In this document: piece by piece, positions 12,655 through 26,411 of the stretch
Layout: each line of letters opens with the position of its first letter
How positions within the stretch are numbered: position 1 is the first letter of the stretch
Assembly: GCA_030324005.1 (NCBI GenBank)
Contig: JARDVH010000042.1
Span: 64,550,759-64,614,758, forward strand
Direction: 5' to 3'
DNA: 64,000 bases
Origin: Negaprion brevirostris
Lineage: Eukaryota
Notes under the pieces: generated by a model
What the model was told of the DNA's origin: nothing
The model's database searches: none
What the model saw: the letters and a program-made list of their open reading frames with translations, nothing else
Translations under genes and position numbers: made by a program

Positions 12655-13930
12655 GAGAATGAAATTCTCCCATCCAACCCACAGCAGGTTTGCTGGTGGG
12701 CAGAGGTGGAGAATCTAGCAGAAGCCAAGAAACCAGAAACATGCTGGTGAAAATCACGCTCCCAATGGCGGGTTAATGGTGGGTCGCTCTTCCTGGTAGT
12801 TATGCAAACGTCATTTGCATTTACTTGTATGTCATGAGTGCTCATTGAAACAGCTGCCCACTGGCATCTTGTCAAGACATTGCGTCATGTCAAAGTGAAA
12901 TTACTTTGCTCTAAAACCTGATTGATAAAGTATGTATTGCACAATGTGGTCCTCAGTTTGCCAGAGACTTTGGAATAAGTGCAGTAGAGTTTTTCTGCCG
13001 TTATGCTGTAATGTATGCCTGGGACAGANNNNNNNNNNNNNNNNNNNNNNNNNNNNNNNNNNNNNNNNNNNNNNNNNNNNNNNNNNNNNNNNNNNNNNNN
13101 NNNNNNNNNNNNNNNNNNNNNNNNNNNNNNNNNNNNNNNNNNNNNNNNNNNNNNNNNNNNNNNNNNNNNNNNNNNNNNNNNNNNNNNNNNNNNNNNNNNN
13201 NNNNNNNNNNNNNNNNNNNNNNNNNNNNNNNNNNNNNNNNNNNNNNNNNNNNNNNNNNNNNNNNNNNNNNNNNNNNNNNNNNNNNNNNNNNNNNNNNNNN
13301 NNNNNNNNNNNNNNNNNNNNNNNNNNNNNNNNNNNNNNNNNNNNNNNNNNNNNNNNNNNNNNNNNNNNNNNNNNNNNNNNNNNNNNNNNNNNNNNNNNNN
13401 NNNNNNNNNNNNNNNNNNNNNNNNNNNNNNNNNNNNNNNNNNNNGGGAGAGAAGTTAGACCCCAAAAAGCCTACATGAAAAGCTCACAAACATGGGGCTC
13501 AAAGGGACATTGTTTACTGGAACGAGATGCGCAAAGAAACTCGATGCAGTCAGTAGAGATACATGTGGGGCATAGATGCCTCATGAAGAAGGCATCAAGG
13601 GAATGTGGTTGTATCAAGGGACAGACTTTCTCTTGAAGCTGCTAACCATTTCTCTTTGGATTGCTGATGTGATCCGGTGAAGACAAGTGGGCTGGAGAGA
13701 GTGATTTGAGTCTGCTAGACTGGCATTCAAATATAGCTCTGGGATCTTTGAGCCTGCAAGCTGATGGCAGACAGATTAATCAGCCAGCCTGCAATGTGAT
13801 TCGGAGGGGAACCCAACTGCGCCTAATTAATTAGATTTCAATAATTTGGTGTAGGATCCTGCTATTCTGGCCAATGGGAAAGAACTGTGCGCCATTGTAC
13901 TTAGTCTCAAAAATTGAGAATTCTGCCCAT
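12655..13930. mobile_element. Probable non-autonomous Harbinger-type DNA transposon spanning a gap
   Basis: Ends gaaattctccc ... gagaattctgccc resemble the TIRs of other Harbinger-type elements in the window. Confidence 0.4.
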
Positions 13931-16900
13931 TATGTAGTTCGTTTTCCAGAAGGCATTTGATAAGGAGCTACAGAGATATTGCCCAAGACCTCAAGGTGTT
14001 TGGGACAATATGAATAATGTATCAGCTAACAAACTGGGAGGGGGAGGTCCTGTTTTTGCCAGGACGGGAACAGGGGCATGATTTGACTCACACTTGGGGA
14101 AAATTCAGCACAGCCATTTGAACACTCTCCATTATATTCCTCCAAACAAAATTGCAAGGCCTAAGATTAATGCCAAGTCTTTGCTAAATCAGCTGACGTG
14201 AGATAGGGGCTTCTTAACTGGTATTAATGCTCTCAGATGTGAAGGAGAAATAACTGGAATCACTTCGAAGTCCTATTCACTGCCGTGTGAGCCCCATTGC
14301 AAGTGAACGTTGGGCTCAGTCGTCTGGTCCTACGGCCAAAGAGCCTGTAATGTTTACGAACTGGCCTCCCGCATAAAGAGTTTGGTTGAGGTGGAGCCAT
14401 CTCCACCTCAGAACCACCATCCTACACATCAACCCTACCCCTTTGCCTTCAACCCCAGGATAGGTCACTGAATTCTACAAGGAACAATAGGAAATTAAAT
14501 GAAAATAAAACAAAGTTTTCTTTCTAAGGCAGTAAATAACATAGACTATAATCACTTAGGAAAATGATTGTTACCTTTATATGTTGTTTAATATGGCAAA
14601 TTAACTTATTCAAGAATCAAAGTGCTCATTTTGAAACACAGATGCCACACTACAAAAAAAAATTGAAGAAACGTAAATGATTTGGCAAATCTTTAACAAT
14701 TTATAGCCTAACTCCTAAGGTATGCTTGTGATCATATTTTGATATCTATTATTTTTACAAGTAGTGTTAGAAACCTTGTTAGGTTCTCTCTCTTGTCTCC
14801 TGGAACTATTTTTCTGCTCGCAGCAAGTATCATCCTGGCTGTTGGCAGTGAGTGTGCTCCATGTTATTGATTATAGTTCTGTATGTTTTTCAAGGACATC
14901 ACTGTTTGCACAGAATCCTTCAAGTTTCTTGAAGGAAAAACCTCGAGCGAATTTCATCAAAATCTCCTAAAATTTTCTATAGCATTTATCATAGAACCTT
15001 CCTGACTTTGTGGAATGTCAAGATTTCTGTGCGAAGAAATGTGGCTTAGGAGAACAAAGCAGCCCTATTAATAATTCACAACTAAAAATATTCACTGAAA
15101 ATTTATTGGTGATGATCTAAAATAGAATAATGTTAAGTAACAATTAATATACTTAACTACGTGGTATATATATTTTTAATGAAATGGTAATAAATTATTT
15201 CAAATTGCTGTAATAAGCACAATTCACCTTAGAAAGAAAATCAGCTTATTGGACTTTATTATCAATATGTAGGTATCAGTACCATTCAATCGAATAAGTT
15301 CCAGTATCACCTCTGGCTTAACCGCACTAATAACATTGCACCACCCTAACTATGTAATACACAAGCGTTGGTCATCATCGATCATTATTGTTCCCAATAA
15401 CAATGGAAAACAAAGATTGAAGCAATAATCTGATCGTAGTTTTTTTTTAATATTTGTGTATATTTTAATGAATTGCGACCTCTGGACCACGTGTTGTGGC
15501 AATAATACAGCCCAAATTTAAGATTATGTTGGTTAAACCTCTAAGCTTATACTCATGTTTGTTGAGTATTTTCAGCCATTAAATGCTTGACACCCTTGTA
15601 GAAAATTCCAGAATGTATAATGCTTTAAGTAATGCTTTTCATATATTGAAAAAGTTGCAGCTGCATCACCATCAAAGTCCAATTGCCAGTATGTTTTTGT
15701 CCAAATGATTTCTCCAGTCTTCTTAATCATAAAGATGGCAAACAATTCCGTGACATCACCCCATTCCTGATTCCCAGTTAAACGTAATGCAGTAGCATTC
15801 CTGCACTGATTGCATATTCAGTGCTAGGGTAAAACACATTAATGTCAGCACTATTCATGTGGCACCCAGGAGATTGAGAACGAAAGGGAATGCCAATGCT
15901 ACATTATCCTGGCCCACCTCTGAGTTGTGCTATCATCTGTGGTCCTTCATAGTGCTGTTTCCCAAATTCTGCCAGGCCTCTGGAGAAGGCTACCAAGTCA
16001 GGAGAGTGAAAATCCCCCCCCAAGGAAAGAAGGAGACCAGATTGGTAAGTCGTCAGGAGGCTGTTCACATGCATCCACTAACAATAATTATGAAGTATAA
16101 ATTAAGTCGTACAAAAGAACAAAATAAATAATAACTNNNNGTCAATGACCCCAGTGAATAATTTGTAGTGCATTCAGTGCAGTCCCTTCAAGGGTTTCTC
16201 ATACATCAGTGCCACATTTTAATGTCTTACTTAGGTTGAAGTTCAGCTGAGAAGAGACATCAGTTTTGAGTCAGTTAAGAATATGTTTTCTTAGCACGGC
16301 ATCTTCTCTCACTATTGTAACAATGACATTTCACAAGGAAGGTTCGGGTACTTAAAATCAGTTGTTATTCACACTTAGGAAATTGTCTATGCCATAAAGC
16401 TGGAGCTGTTTCCTTAAATTATTGATTCGCCTAAAGAGTGATCCACGTGATAGATTAGTCAGCAGCACTTTACTGAAATTACAGCTGCTAACCTCAGATA
16501 CTTCTTCTTGCTTCTGACTAATCTGATACATCTCTATTTACAATTGACTTGATTGCATATGCCTAGACTGGGGTACGCAGTAGAAAAACCTAAAGCTTCC
16601 AATTTAACAGTTCTTTCAAAATAAAGTATCCCTGTGTAGATGTAAACATGTTGTGAAATTACTGTTGCTTCTTAACGGCAAAACTGACAATCTTTTGTAT
16701 GTCTTATTTGTTTCGACTTCCCCTGCGAAGAAATGTAACCACTAAAGTGTTTGCCTCCACACCATACAGAACATTCCTGAATGTAACTTGGTTGTTAACT
16801 ATGCAAATTCAGTGACATTTAAAACGCTGCCGATGACAGCAGGATTTTTAGGCACCATCTTTATTCACTTATTTATGCATTCATAGATTCCAGCATTTTA

Positions 16901-19329
16901 CAGAACCAATACAAGGAACTTTAACTTAAGACTACCCTGTTTAAATGTAATTGTTAATAAATACCTCCCCTGTTGTAAAGTACACCAGATATTATCTCTC
17001 ACAAAAAGGAAAAAATTTATCATGTTATAAACATGTATATATAATATCTGTGTGTTTTCCAGTATTTACATGTGTGCAAGCTATTTAAATTATGGTGCAT
17101 ATATGATTTGCTATTTTATGCACTCACTGCACTGGATGCTACAAGTTTGGCCTGAGCATTCTTTAACTGTGCTGGATTTACCGATCTGACAAAGGCTAAT
17201 TTTTATTTTATTTTCCAGTTTACTGACTGCATTTAGGAAGCAAGATCTCTGCAGATGTGCAAATAATGTGATGACCATGTTCCTGTCACAGCAATTGAAT
17301 CATCAAATAACTCTCAGCAGGGTAGTGCACATGAGTCCCAGCCTATTTGCTTCTTTCTAAACGGTTTAATTATCAATCAGACGGTGTATCAGTTAAATCA
17401 AACATTGATATTCAGGAGGCAGTTGTAAATTATGGTAATAAAAAGTCCCTCGGAAGAGAAACCCGAGAAACCATACATTTTATCAACAAACTACAGTCTC
17501 AATGTCATTCACTGAGATACAGGAAATTGAAATGTCTTGATTTCTCTAGTAGCTGTGACTCAGTGAGGTGTAGGTATGCTGTTTGATCGGCATTTTCTTT
17601 GATAATACCAGCTTCATTGTAGATGACAATACTGACTAAATTACAGCTATTGAAAATTGTAACTGTAAATAGAAACCTTTCGGGGTACTGGAAACAAAAG
17701 TCAATTTATCTGTTCCTTTTGCTTTACGTCATCGATTTTATGGCAAATGTGATGTGTTAGTTGCAATTCATCAGAAAGTCATATATAAATAGAATTGAAA
17801 TATAGTAATGTTTATTAAACTCCACAGCTAGGATTTCCCACCCCCATTCGCCATGGGCATTGGTAGCAACAGGGGCACAAACTACCACAGGAATTCAAAG
17901 GCAACATTTTCACGACTGTAATTTCCCAAAGAGATTGTTCCCACCATTCCCCCTCACCTACAACAGGGTACTTGAACCCCACTTATTTTCATTTGAATAT
18001 CATTAGCATCCTCTCCACAGCAATTCCAACCCACCCCTCCACATTGAAAAATCTGCCCATGGTGGCATGACATTATGTCAGAGCCTTTCACAACAGCTGG
18101 CACAAAATGACAAACTGGCAAATTCACCTGTGAAGTAAGCATGCAGTTTACCATGGGCCATTGATGAGTGTCAGGTGAGAAACGGCACACTAAAGGTTGA
18201 GGGGAGCCAGCTATAGGACATGGTTCAACGGGTGGGGGGGTGTAGTGTTCAGCCTCAAGAAGGCATTGCTGCTTGGAGTTCAGCCTCCAACAGGGTGTGG
18301 GTCTTCGGATAGTGAGGGGGCTCTGTATTGTGGAAGCACTGGGCTTTGGGATCACTGGGGCTTGTGAGGGGTGTTGGCAGGGTGGGGGCAGAGGNNNNNN
18401 NNNNNNNNNNNNNNNNNNNNNNNNNNNNNNNNNNNNNNNNNNNNNNNNNNNNNNNNNNNNNNNNNNNNNNNNNNNNNNNNNNNNNNNNNNNNNNNNNNNN
18501 NNNNNNNNNNNNNNNNNNNNNNNNNNNNNNNNNNNNNNNNNNNNNNNNNNNNNNNNNNNNNNNNNNNNNNNNNNNNNNNNNNNNNNNNNNNNNNNNNNNN
18601 NNNNNNNNNNNNNNNNNNNNNNNNNNNNNNNNNATGGCCTCTGAAGTGGGGAGAAGGACTCATTGTGGAAAGGGGAAGAAAGCTAAATGTAAATCTCAAC
18701 CTTTCAAAAACTGTAATCTTCGGTTACAATGCATCTTCTGCTTTCTTGATGGGACCTGATACTGGGAAGGGAAGGCTGGGCTAGTTAGTTGGGTGGCAGA
18801 TAGTAGACACAGCCTGAAGTATCCAGTTAGATGGAAAGGCTTTTACATATCAGATCAGTGATGCATTTGTCCATTAATATTTCTTCAGTCAATTATGCCC
18901 ATTTACTCACCACTGATGTGTATGAGTGCTGCTGAGTACCAATCACCAGTTAACACTTTGAGCATTGACCACCCCATCCTATGAGTGTCATGGATTCCCT
19001 GAATTACCTGAGAAGGCAGGCACGCACACACTCTCCTCCACAGAGGATAAGGGTAAAAACACCAGAGTACCTGATTTATCAGGTGTGGGGGCTCTGGTGT
19101 CCATACAAAGCCCTCCCCTTCTTAACTTCTTGACAGGATAGAGCACAGGGCCTTACAGTGAACCATGGGGCAGATGCCTGCACCTTACATGAGAGCTCCG
19201 GAGATAGGAGGGTTTCCAAAGCTGTGGCCAGCTCAGTCAGGCTGCATGGGGAAATGGTGGCACAGAGTCCATTTCAGGACACTATAAGGGAAAGGTTCTC
19301 AATGTGTTGGGCAACACAGTAGTCAATGA

Positions 19330-19830
19330 CCAGGGAGTCTTCTCTCCTCTCTAAGACCCGGTGTCTACAGACAGCACTCGACCTTCCTTGAAATGAGCGA
19401 TATTCAAGGACACTGAAGACTTCGTCCGTCCAAGGACATGGTGGCTCATCTGGGCAACCTCCTTGAAAGTTTGATGCCACTTGGACTTGGAGGGCATCCA
19501 CTGTCTGTTGCTTTGTTAGCCACAGCTGCCCTGAACTCTTATGCAACTAATTTCCTTCAAGACTCCACCTTTGTGGCATCTCGCAGGCCTCCACTCAGAA
19601 GTGCATCAAAGAGGGGACAGATACACTCTCCAAAAGGACTCATAACTACATGCATTTCAGCTAGGACCATGTGCACCAGGACGTCAGAGCCATGGGATGA
19701 TCCAGATATTATGCTTTCCACCATGGCTCTCTGATCCCCATGGCAGCAAGTGTTCCCCTTTATCAACAGCAAGGGCTTCAATCCCTAAATGTTCAGTTAG
19801 TCTGCGACCATACAAAGTGCATCCTCCAGG
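19330..19830 (+). pseudogene. Harbinger (HARBI1-like DDE) transposase remnant, within a larger element (~17825-21225)
   Basis: RVYRQHSTFLEMSD..RLR..MVAHL, LSVALLATAALNSYATNFLQ and SLNVQLVCDHTKCILQV match the conserved Harbinger motifs VTxALNFYAxGSFQ and GFHSLNVQLVCD; stops and frameshifts present. Confidence 0.85.
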
Positions 19831-21729
19831 TGGATGATGAAAAGGACATCCTAGAGGGAGCAGATGAAAGTACCAGGCAATGGCGATGCTCGGATGCACT
19901 GATAAATTTCTGTTTCATGGGTGGTGATTAGGGCCTAAGGGAATGTTCTGTCATCCTGAAGTCTCTTCCATGTTCTCAGCTCTCCTGTCTGACTGCTGGC
20001 AGTGCACACTCTCACTGATGTGGCTGATGTCATGGGAAGGGAACGGTTGCCTATAGTTTCTATGATGATGACTTGCAGTGTGGACAATGCATTATCCCTC
20101 AAAGAGCTACTGTGAAGGTTTCATTCCAGTCTTACTGAAGTAACTTATGAACTCTCAGTTACCAGAATCAGATAATAGCAATGTCGCGTGGGCTGTTTAA
20201 TCTGTTCTGATCTAAGATCCTCCTTAATTAGGTGTGCCTCTCAGATTCACTGCCATCGGGTGCAGATGCACACTTTTCATAAAGGTCTAGCAGCTGGGTT
20301 TCATGCGCTGAGATCAGACATTCGCAATGACTGGGTTGAGAGGTGGCTCTGACCATAGTGGGGACATCCTCATTACCAAGATGACACTGGCTCAATGGAT
20401 GTGTTCTGCTGCTATGATGGAATGCCAACCAATGAGCTGGCAGCCTTGCAGAGAGCAGATGGAGGAGGTTCTGGAGTGAGCATCCAGCCTTTCAACGGAA
20501 CATAGATGCTGTTGTCTCAGTGGCACTACATGAAGAAATCTAATGAGAGCTGGGAGCCATAGAGAGCTTGAAATGAATAAGATTTATTTCATTTACAGGA
20601 GTAGTTGCTAACTTACATAATGGTTACTATCTACAAGTGCTTAACATCTGTGTCCATGCTGTGCAACTAAATCTTGTTAATTTTTCAAACCCAACCAATA
20701 CATCCTGGTATATATCCCCAGGATCCACAGTAGAGATGGAGGCATCCTATTATCCGCTGTGACCTGTTGTCTCTGATGACAGTAGTGGGCATCCTCTGGA
20801 GAACTGAGACCTAGCGGGTCCCAGACTAGTTTTGGGGTGCTTCCATGTGGTAGTGCTACCCTCCTCAGCTTGTGGGGCTGGATAATTTTTGGTCAAAGAG
20901 GAGTGTCAAATGGGCTGGACATTCCCAGAGTCTCCTGGATGGAAGGCCCCAAGCAATGCACCAGCTACTCCTCCTCCCCCTGGATGCTTGAGAGCTCCTG
21001 ACTTCCTCCTTGTGATAGAGGGGCAGCTAGAGTGAAGTCAGGAAGCCCCCCTGTCCTCTGGCACAAGCATTCACAGATGCCCATAAGCACCTGAACTGTG
21101 GAGTGCGTGCCCTGCATCATGGAGCTCCTAAAACTGCAGCGTGAAAACCCACTGCTGGCGGGTTATACATTGCTTTAACCACCTGGAGCCGCACTTAGCC
21201 AAAAATTGAGAAAATCCCATCCTATAGCTAATTTATAATAGATCTCTTTTCATAAAGCATTGCTTATTGCATTCTTTTCATTTCCCAGCAATAGTCTCCA
21301 TGAAACTAATGTAAAAATCAAAATGTTGGGAATAAGACAGGCTCAAAAATAATTAATTTAACTGGCCAAAGTCCCAACTCCAAAATATACTTGAAAGATG
21401 TCCCATTCAATGTCAGGGTGGCCCATTTGGCTGCCTAAAAGAGGTTAGATGGCTTATAGATAAGGAGCAAAATGCCTGCTTAAACCCCTTCTATAAAATT
21501 AGTGCAGATTGAAGAAGCAGGCCACTTCTGCTCAGAACTCTCCACTGTGGTGCAGCATCAGCAGTGTCAGGCAACAAAAAAAATGTTCTTTTAAAATGTT
21601 TTTCAATAATTGCTATAGAACCAGGAACAGAAATAATGCTTCCCATTCCACAGAATTCCCAAATGGCCCAACATGTTCTTGCCATTTCTGGTGGGATGGG
21701 GTCTTTCACTAATGTCCTTTATGTCCTGC

Positions 21730-21905
21730 ATGGAAGGAAATCTGCCACCCTTACCTGGTCTGGCTGAAGCGTGACTCCAAATCCACAATAATGAGGTTGA
21801 CTCTTAAATACCCTCTGAAATGACCAAGCCAACCATTCAGTTCAAGGACAATTAGAGGTGGACAACAAATGCTGACTTTGTTAGTGATGCTCACATCCCA
21901 CAAAA
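21730..21905 (+). mobile_element. SINE 3' portion sharing its tail with the LINE at 7935-8450
   Basis: ggaaggaaatctgccacccttacctggtctggc..caaatgctgactttgttagtgatgctcacatccca; the tail resembles 8400-8440. Confidence 0.55.
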
Positions 21906-23454
21906 TAGATAAAATATCAAAACGGGTTAACAGTTTCTGTAACAATAACAGGCTTTGGCAGTTGTGCAAACACTGTTAATGAGGACCTAGAGTCAATACT
22001 TGCCTGGCATTAAGTCTATCAACTGGGGCTTGGCTCCATGTATGGTGCCTGTTTCAATCCTGAGAACAGGATTGTTTCATCCCTAACCCTAACCCTGAGA
22101 CTCAAGTCTCTATTCCCTTTTAGCTTACAAATCATTCCTTTCAGAATTAAATAATATTCACATTTTTAAGCTTTTACAGGTAAGAACTGAGAAAATTTTC
22201 TGCACTGCAATGTCGTAATTATAATCAATATATCAAGATGTGTGTTAAATACAGAATTTTCTATTTGTCAATCAAACTAAATTGGCTGATAAAAAGTGAG
22301 GCATTTTTGTTTTAACAATGCAGAAGCTATGCAATTACCTCAAAGGTACAGGCTGAAAGTAATGTGAAGAAAATGGAATCTTATTCCTGCTGTGGTTTCA
22401 AGAACAATAACAACAATAAATATTAAACTTATACATTAGATTCTACCTAAAGTTTGTGGCCTTGTGCTTTTCATTGATGCGACTGCAGTAAACAAAGGGA
22501 AAATGCTTTTGTACTCTTGCCGCACGCAGAAAATACTCAAAAGTATTGTAATGAAGGTCCAACATGAAAGAGCCACAAGAAAATAACGATGAACTACAAC
22601 TGTGACTCCATGGCACATTTAAATAGCTTTGGTATGGTACCTGCCAAGTGAGTTATTTGTGACATGGTTATCCTTTTAATGGTAATGTTTATGGTAATTT
22701 TATTGGTTAATATAATGTGTTATAGACATAATTAAATAGAGTTGTTCACCAATTATGTGCTGATGTAGGAATGGAGAACTTAAGTTCACAAGTTACAACC
22801 CACTTGGGACATGATTTCAAAATCATCTTCTCCAGCACAACTCAAACAATGATTATGCGACTTGGGATTCCTTTTGAAATTATTCTTTTAGATTCTAGTC
22901 CTAAAAACAAGGAAATAATTGATCACCTCTGGGATTTAAAGAAATACTGTCTTCATGAAAGATAATACTTGCCAACTATTTTGGAGGGGATTTTGAACAA
23001 ACATAAATATACAGGAATCTCATTGTTTTTACTTGGTGGTATTGTGGTGGAGCTGACATGTAACATTTTTACCTCTCCAACCAGTTTTACCTTTTTTTTC
23101 AATTGGTAGCTCCTCTTTATTGGAGAGCACAGTATATTAACATTTTGCTCATGAATCAAGCTATGAATGGAGCTTAGATTATCATTTTTCTTCTTGTCAC
23201 TCTCAATTGCAATAATGAACTTAAAAAATGTGGACATGAATAGGATCAGAAAACACAATTGCTGTCCACCTGGCCATTCTACAAATCGAAAACTTTCTCT
23301 TACTCCTATTTGTCACTTATTTTACTGAAAACTATCTGTTCTTTTGTGGACATTACTTACCTCCATTCTTTCATTCACATTCCTGTGTGTTAAGCAAATA
23401 TAATGCATCCATTCATCTTGATCTAAGCCTGATTCAGTAACCTCAAGTTATAAC

Positions 23455-24100
23455 AACATAAGGAATAGGATTAGGCCATTTGGCTACTTAAGCCTGTTCC
23501 ACCATTCGGTATTATCATGGCTTATCTCACCTGACTTTCCTGTCTGCCACCTCCCACCCCCTCCCCTTCCCCGCCCTGCCCATAATCCTTGGATCCATTG
23601 TAAATCAAAAGCTGTCTACCTCAGTCTAGAATACATTCAATGTATGGTGGCACAGTGGTTCGCACTGCTGCCTTCCACTGTCAAAGATTCAGGTTCGATT
23701 CCTGACTTTGGTCACTGTCTGTGCAGAGTCTGCATGTTCTCCCCATGTCTGCTTGGGTTTCCTCTGGGTGTTCTGGTTTCCTCGCACAGTTTGAACAACG
23801 TGCTGATTAGGTGCATTGGCCATGCTAAATTCTTTCTCAGTGTACCTGAACAGGTGCTGGAGTATGGTGACTAGGGAATTTTCACAGTAACTTCATTGCA
23901 GTATTCATGTAAGCCTACTTGTGATGCTAACACTTAAACTTAAACCAGTCTCAACAGCTCTTTCTGGTAAAGAATTCCAAATGACTCTCTGCGCAAAACA
24001 AAATTCTTTTTGCCTCAATTTTAACTGAGAGACCCCTTATTTTGAAACGGTGCCCTCAAGTTCTAGATTCTTCCACAAAAGGAAACATCTTCTCAGCATG
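23455..24100 (-). mobile_element. CR1 LINE 3' fragment interrupted by a SINE
   Basis: aacataaggaataggattaggccattt..atcatggct, resuming after the SINE with ggtaaagaattccaaa..gaccccttattttgaaac..ctagattc. Confidence 0.7.
23643..23945 (+). mobile_element. tRNA-head SINE with alternative (non-CR1) tail
   Basis: HE1-like head tggtggcacagtggttcgcactgctgcc..ggttcgattcc; tail gactagggaattttcacagtaacttcattgcagtattcatgtaagcctacttgtga. Confidence 0.85.
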
Positions 24101-26307
24101 TATCATGATATTGGGGCATGTATCAAAATAATTTAATATAATTAAGTTATTTCAACTTGAATTGTATTTGATTTTATCCAGTTCCAATAAAGAATACCCA
24201 CCCACCATTGTAAATACCCCAAATTATTGAATTATTTGAGTGAAATGTTCAACTTGGTCTTGCAAAAAGCGTCCTTTTGAGGCTGGAGGTGAAGTGCATT
24301 GAGAGGTCAATGAAATAGCGCAACATAGCTTGTACTAAGCATTATACTTAACTTGTGAGCATCTGGCAACATCATTGAACATCAAGTGGAGATATAACAT
24401 TAATTAGCTTTTGTGTAAGTGGCAATAAGCACATATGCATGGAAACATACGACAAGAGTTTTGGCATTGGTTGCATTTCCGGTATGTTTTACTTAATTGG
24501 CAAATTTCCTCTGTTAGATAAAAATAAAGTTACAAACATGCTTGGAAACATTTCTTCTATTTACAATTTGTTGTCTTTATAATCATGCTTAGCTGATTAA
24601 TGTTATGTGGGTAGATTGTGGTTAAATGAAACCATGAAAAATAAATGGAAGGCATGGTCCCAAAGGAAGATATGGGTTTCCAACTAATATTAAGATTAGT
24701 GAAGTCCTAACTAGTTTAGTCTGCCATCCCACAAACTTAATTAGAAATCAGCAAGCTGCAGCAGATTTCTATGCAGAAGACCACACATTGCAGAATTACT
24801 GCCTATTATCATCCCAGCAGTTAGTAGGCCAACAATAACACATAGAGCTAAATACTGTGCATTTCATAAGTGGAGAGGATTAACTACTGGGTACACAGTA
24901 CAACATAGGAAATTGCTTTATTCCCAGACTGCTGAGTCTCCTGGGGGAACAGTATATCTCCAGCCTATTAACAACCATCCGAGCATTACCTCCTGTAGGA
25001 TGAGGTTATTGGCTAACCACCAGGTGACCAATTAAATGCGATAATTTAGGCCCAAACCAAACAGTGAGTAGTCTGTTTTTGACAGTGGTGTCATGCCAGA
25101 GATTGGAAATCTTGTTGAAAATATTATTTATTATCTCTCCAGAGAGCACATGTAATTATTGTAGAATAAGACCTTGCATATGTAAAGTCTTGTCCAAAAC
25201 CCATTCAAGCAAATGGGTGTACTGTTAATTTAGCGAGAGACCCTTCTGCTAGCTGGCAAAGCTGACATCAGCAGTTAAAGAATGAAAAGCAGTATGCGAA
25301 TTCTTGTATGCAGCTTCAAATCATATTGTTGTATGAACCTTAAAAATATTAGAATATTCAGAGGACTGACCTTTTGCACTGATCATTATAATGAAGTATT
25401 TAAGCTGTTGAGGGCACTTTGTTACAGGGAAATTTATTGCAAAATAAGATCTTCTTCACTTCTTTTGTTTAAATTTTGGGATATGGATGATAGAGGGCTA
25501 GATTGCCCATCCCTAACTGATAGGAGAAGGTCTTAGGAATTCTGAAATCCTTGTGGTCACGGTTCTCCTCCAAAAGTGTCAAATCGGAGTCTCAAGACGT
25601 TGACACAGTAAGAATGAAAAAAAATTGACATTTTTGGCTAAGTCAGAATGAGTGTGACTTGGAAGAGAACTTGGGAATGAAGATGTCCCTATCTTTGAAT
25701 GAGAATTAGGAAAAAGGCAACCACAGGTGCTGCAAAACCCAACATAAGATTGAAATGTGTCATTGCAACAAATGTTAGTGTTGGTGCAGAAATTCATATT
25801 GTGATTTTCATTAAAAATCATACTCTTTACAGAACAAGAACATCATGATCCCAAAAATCCACAGGATGGTGCATCTTAATATATTTACAAAACATATGGG
25901 TTAGAGGAAATCCCATGATCTAAGTGTCTTCAACAGCAGGTGAGGCATTTGAGTCAATCCATCAACTGCCAGCCCCCCATTCAAAAGGTCAGAAGGTCTG
26001 GCAGAGGAGCACTGTGTCAATTTGAGCCTTCTCTCGGCAGAACGGCTACGAGTGCCACAGCCACTGAGAATAAATTTATGGCTAAGTCATTGGGAATACA
26101 AGCCTTGATCAACCTGAATCTCTGGGTAAGCCACACACCTGAAGATGGAATGCAAGATACCCAGCAAAAGTCCCAAGCAAAGGACTAGTAAAAATTGATA
26201 TTCAGTCTCCCTTCTTTTTTCATGGACTTTTAAGATACAGTAAGAGGCTCAGCCCCACAAGCTCAGGAACAAGACTGGGAATCTATAGGTGGGTAGGTAA
26301 ATCTCAT

Positions 26308-26411
26308 GGGCGGGATCCTCCAGCCATTCACGCCTGTGGGATTCTCTCATCCTTCCGCAGTGAATAGAGATTTGGCTGAGCGTGGGGCATGAATGCCGGA
26401 GAATTCCAGCC
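26308..26411. mobile_element. MITE (Harbinger-type TIRs)
   Basis: gggcgggatcctccagc ... gccggagaattccagcc are imperfect inverted termini. Confidence 0.6.

Noticed and set aside
12932-13636. Long ORFs containing X runs (also ~18270-18780, 43235-43896, 59201-59749)
   Set aside because: Their length comes from N gaps.
22081-22096. (CCCTAA)n telomeric-like motif
   Set aside because: Under three units; too short to call an interstitial telomere.
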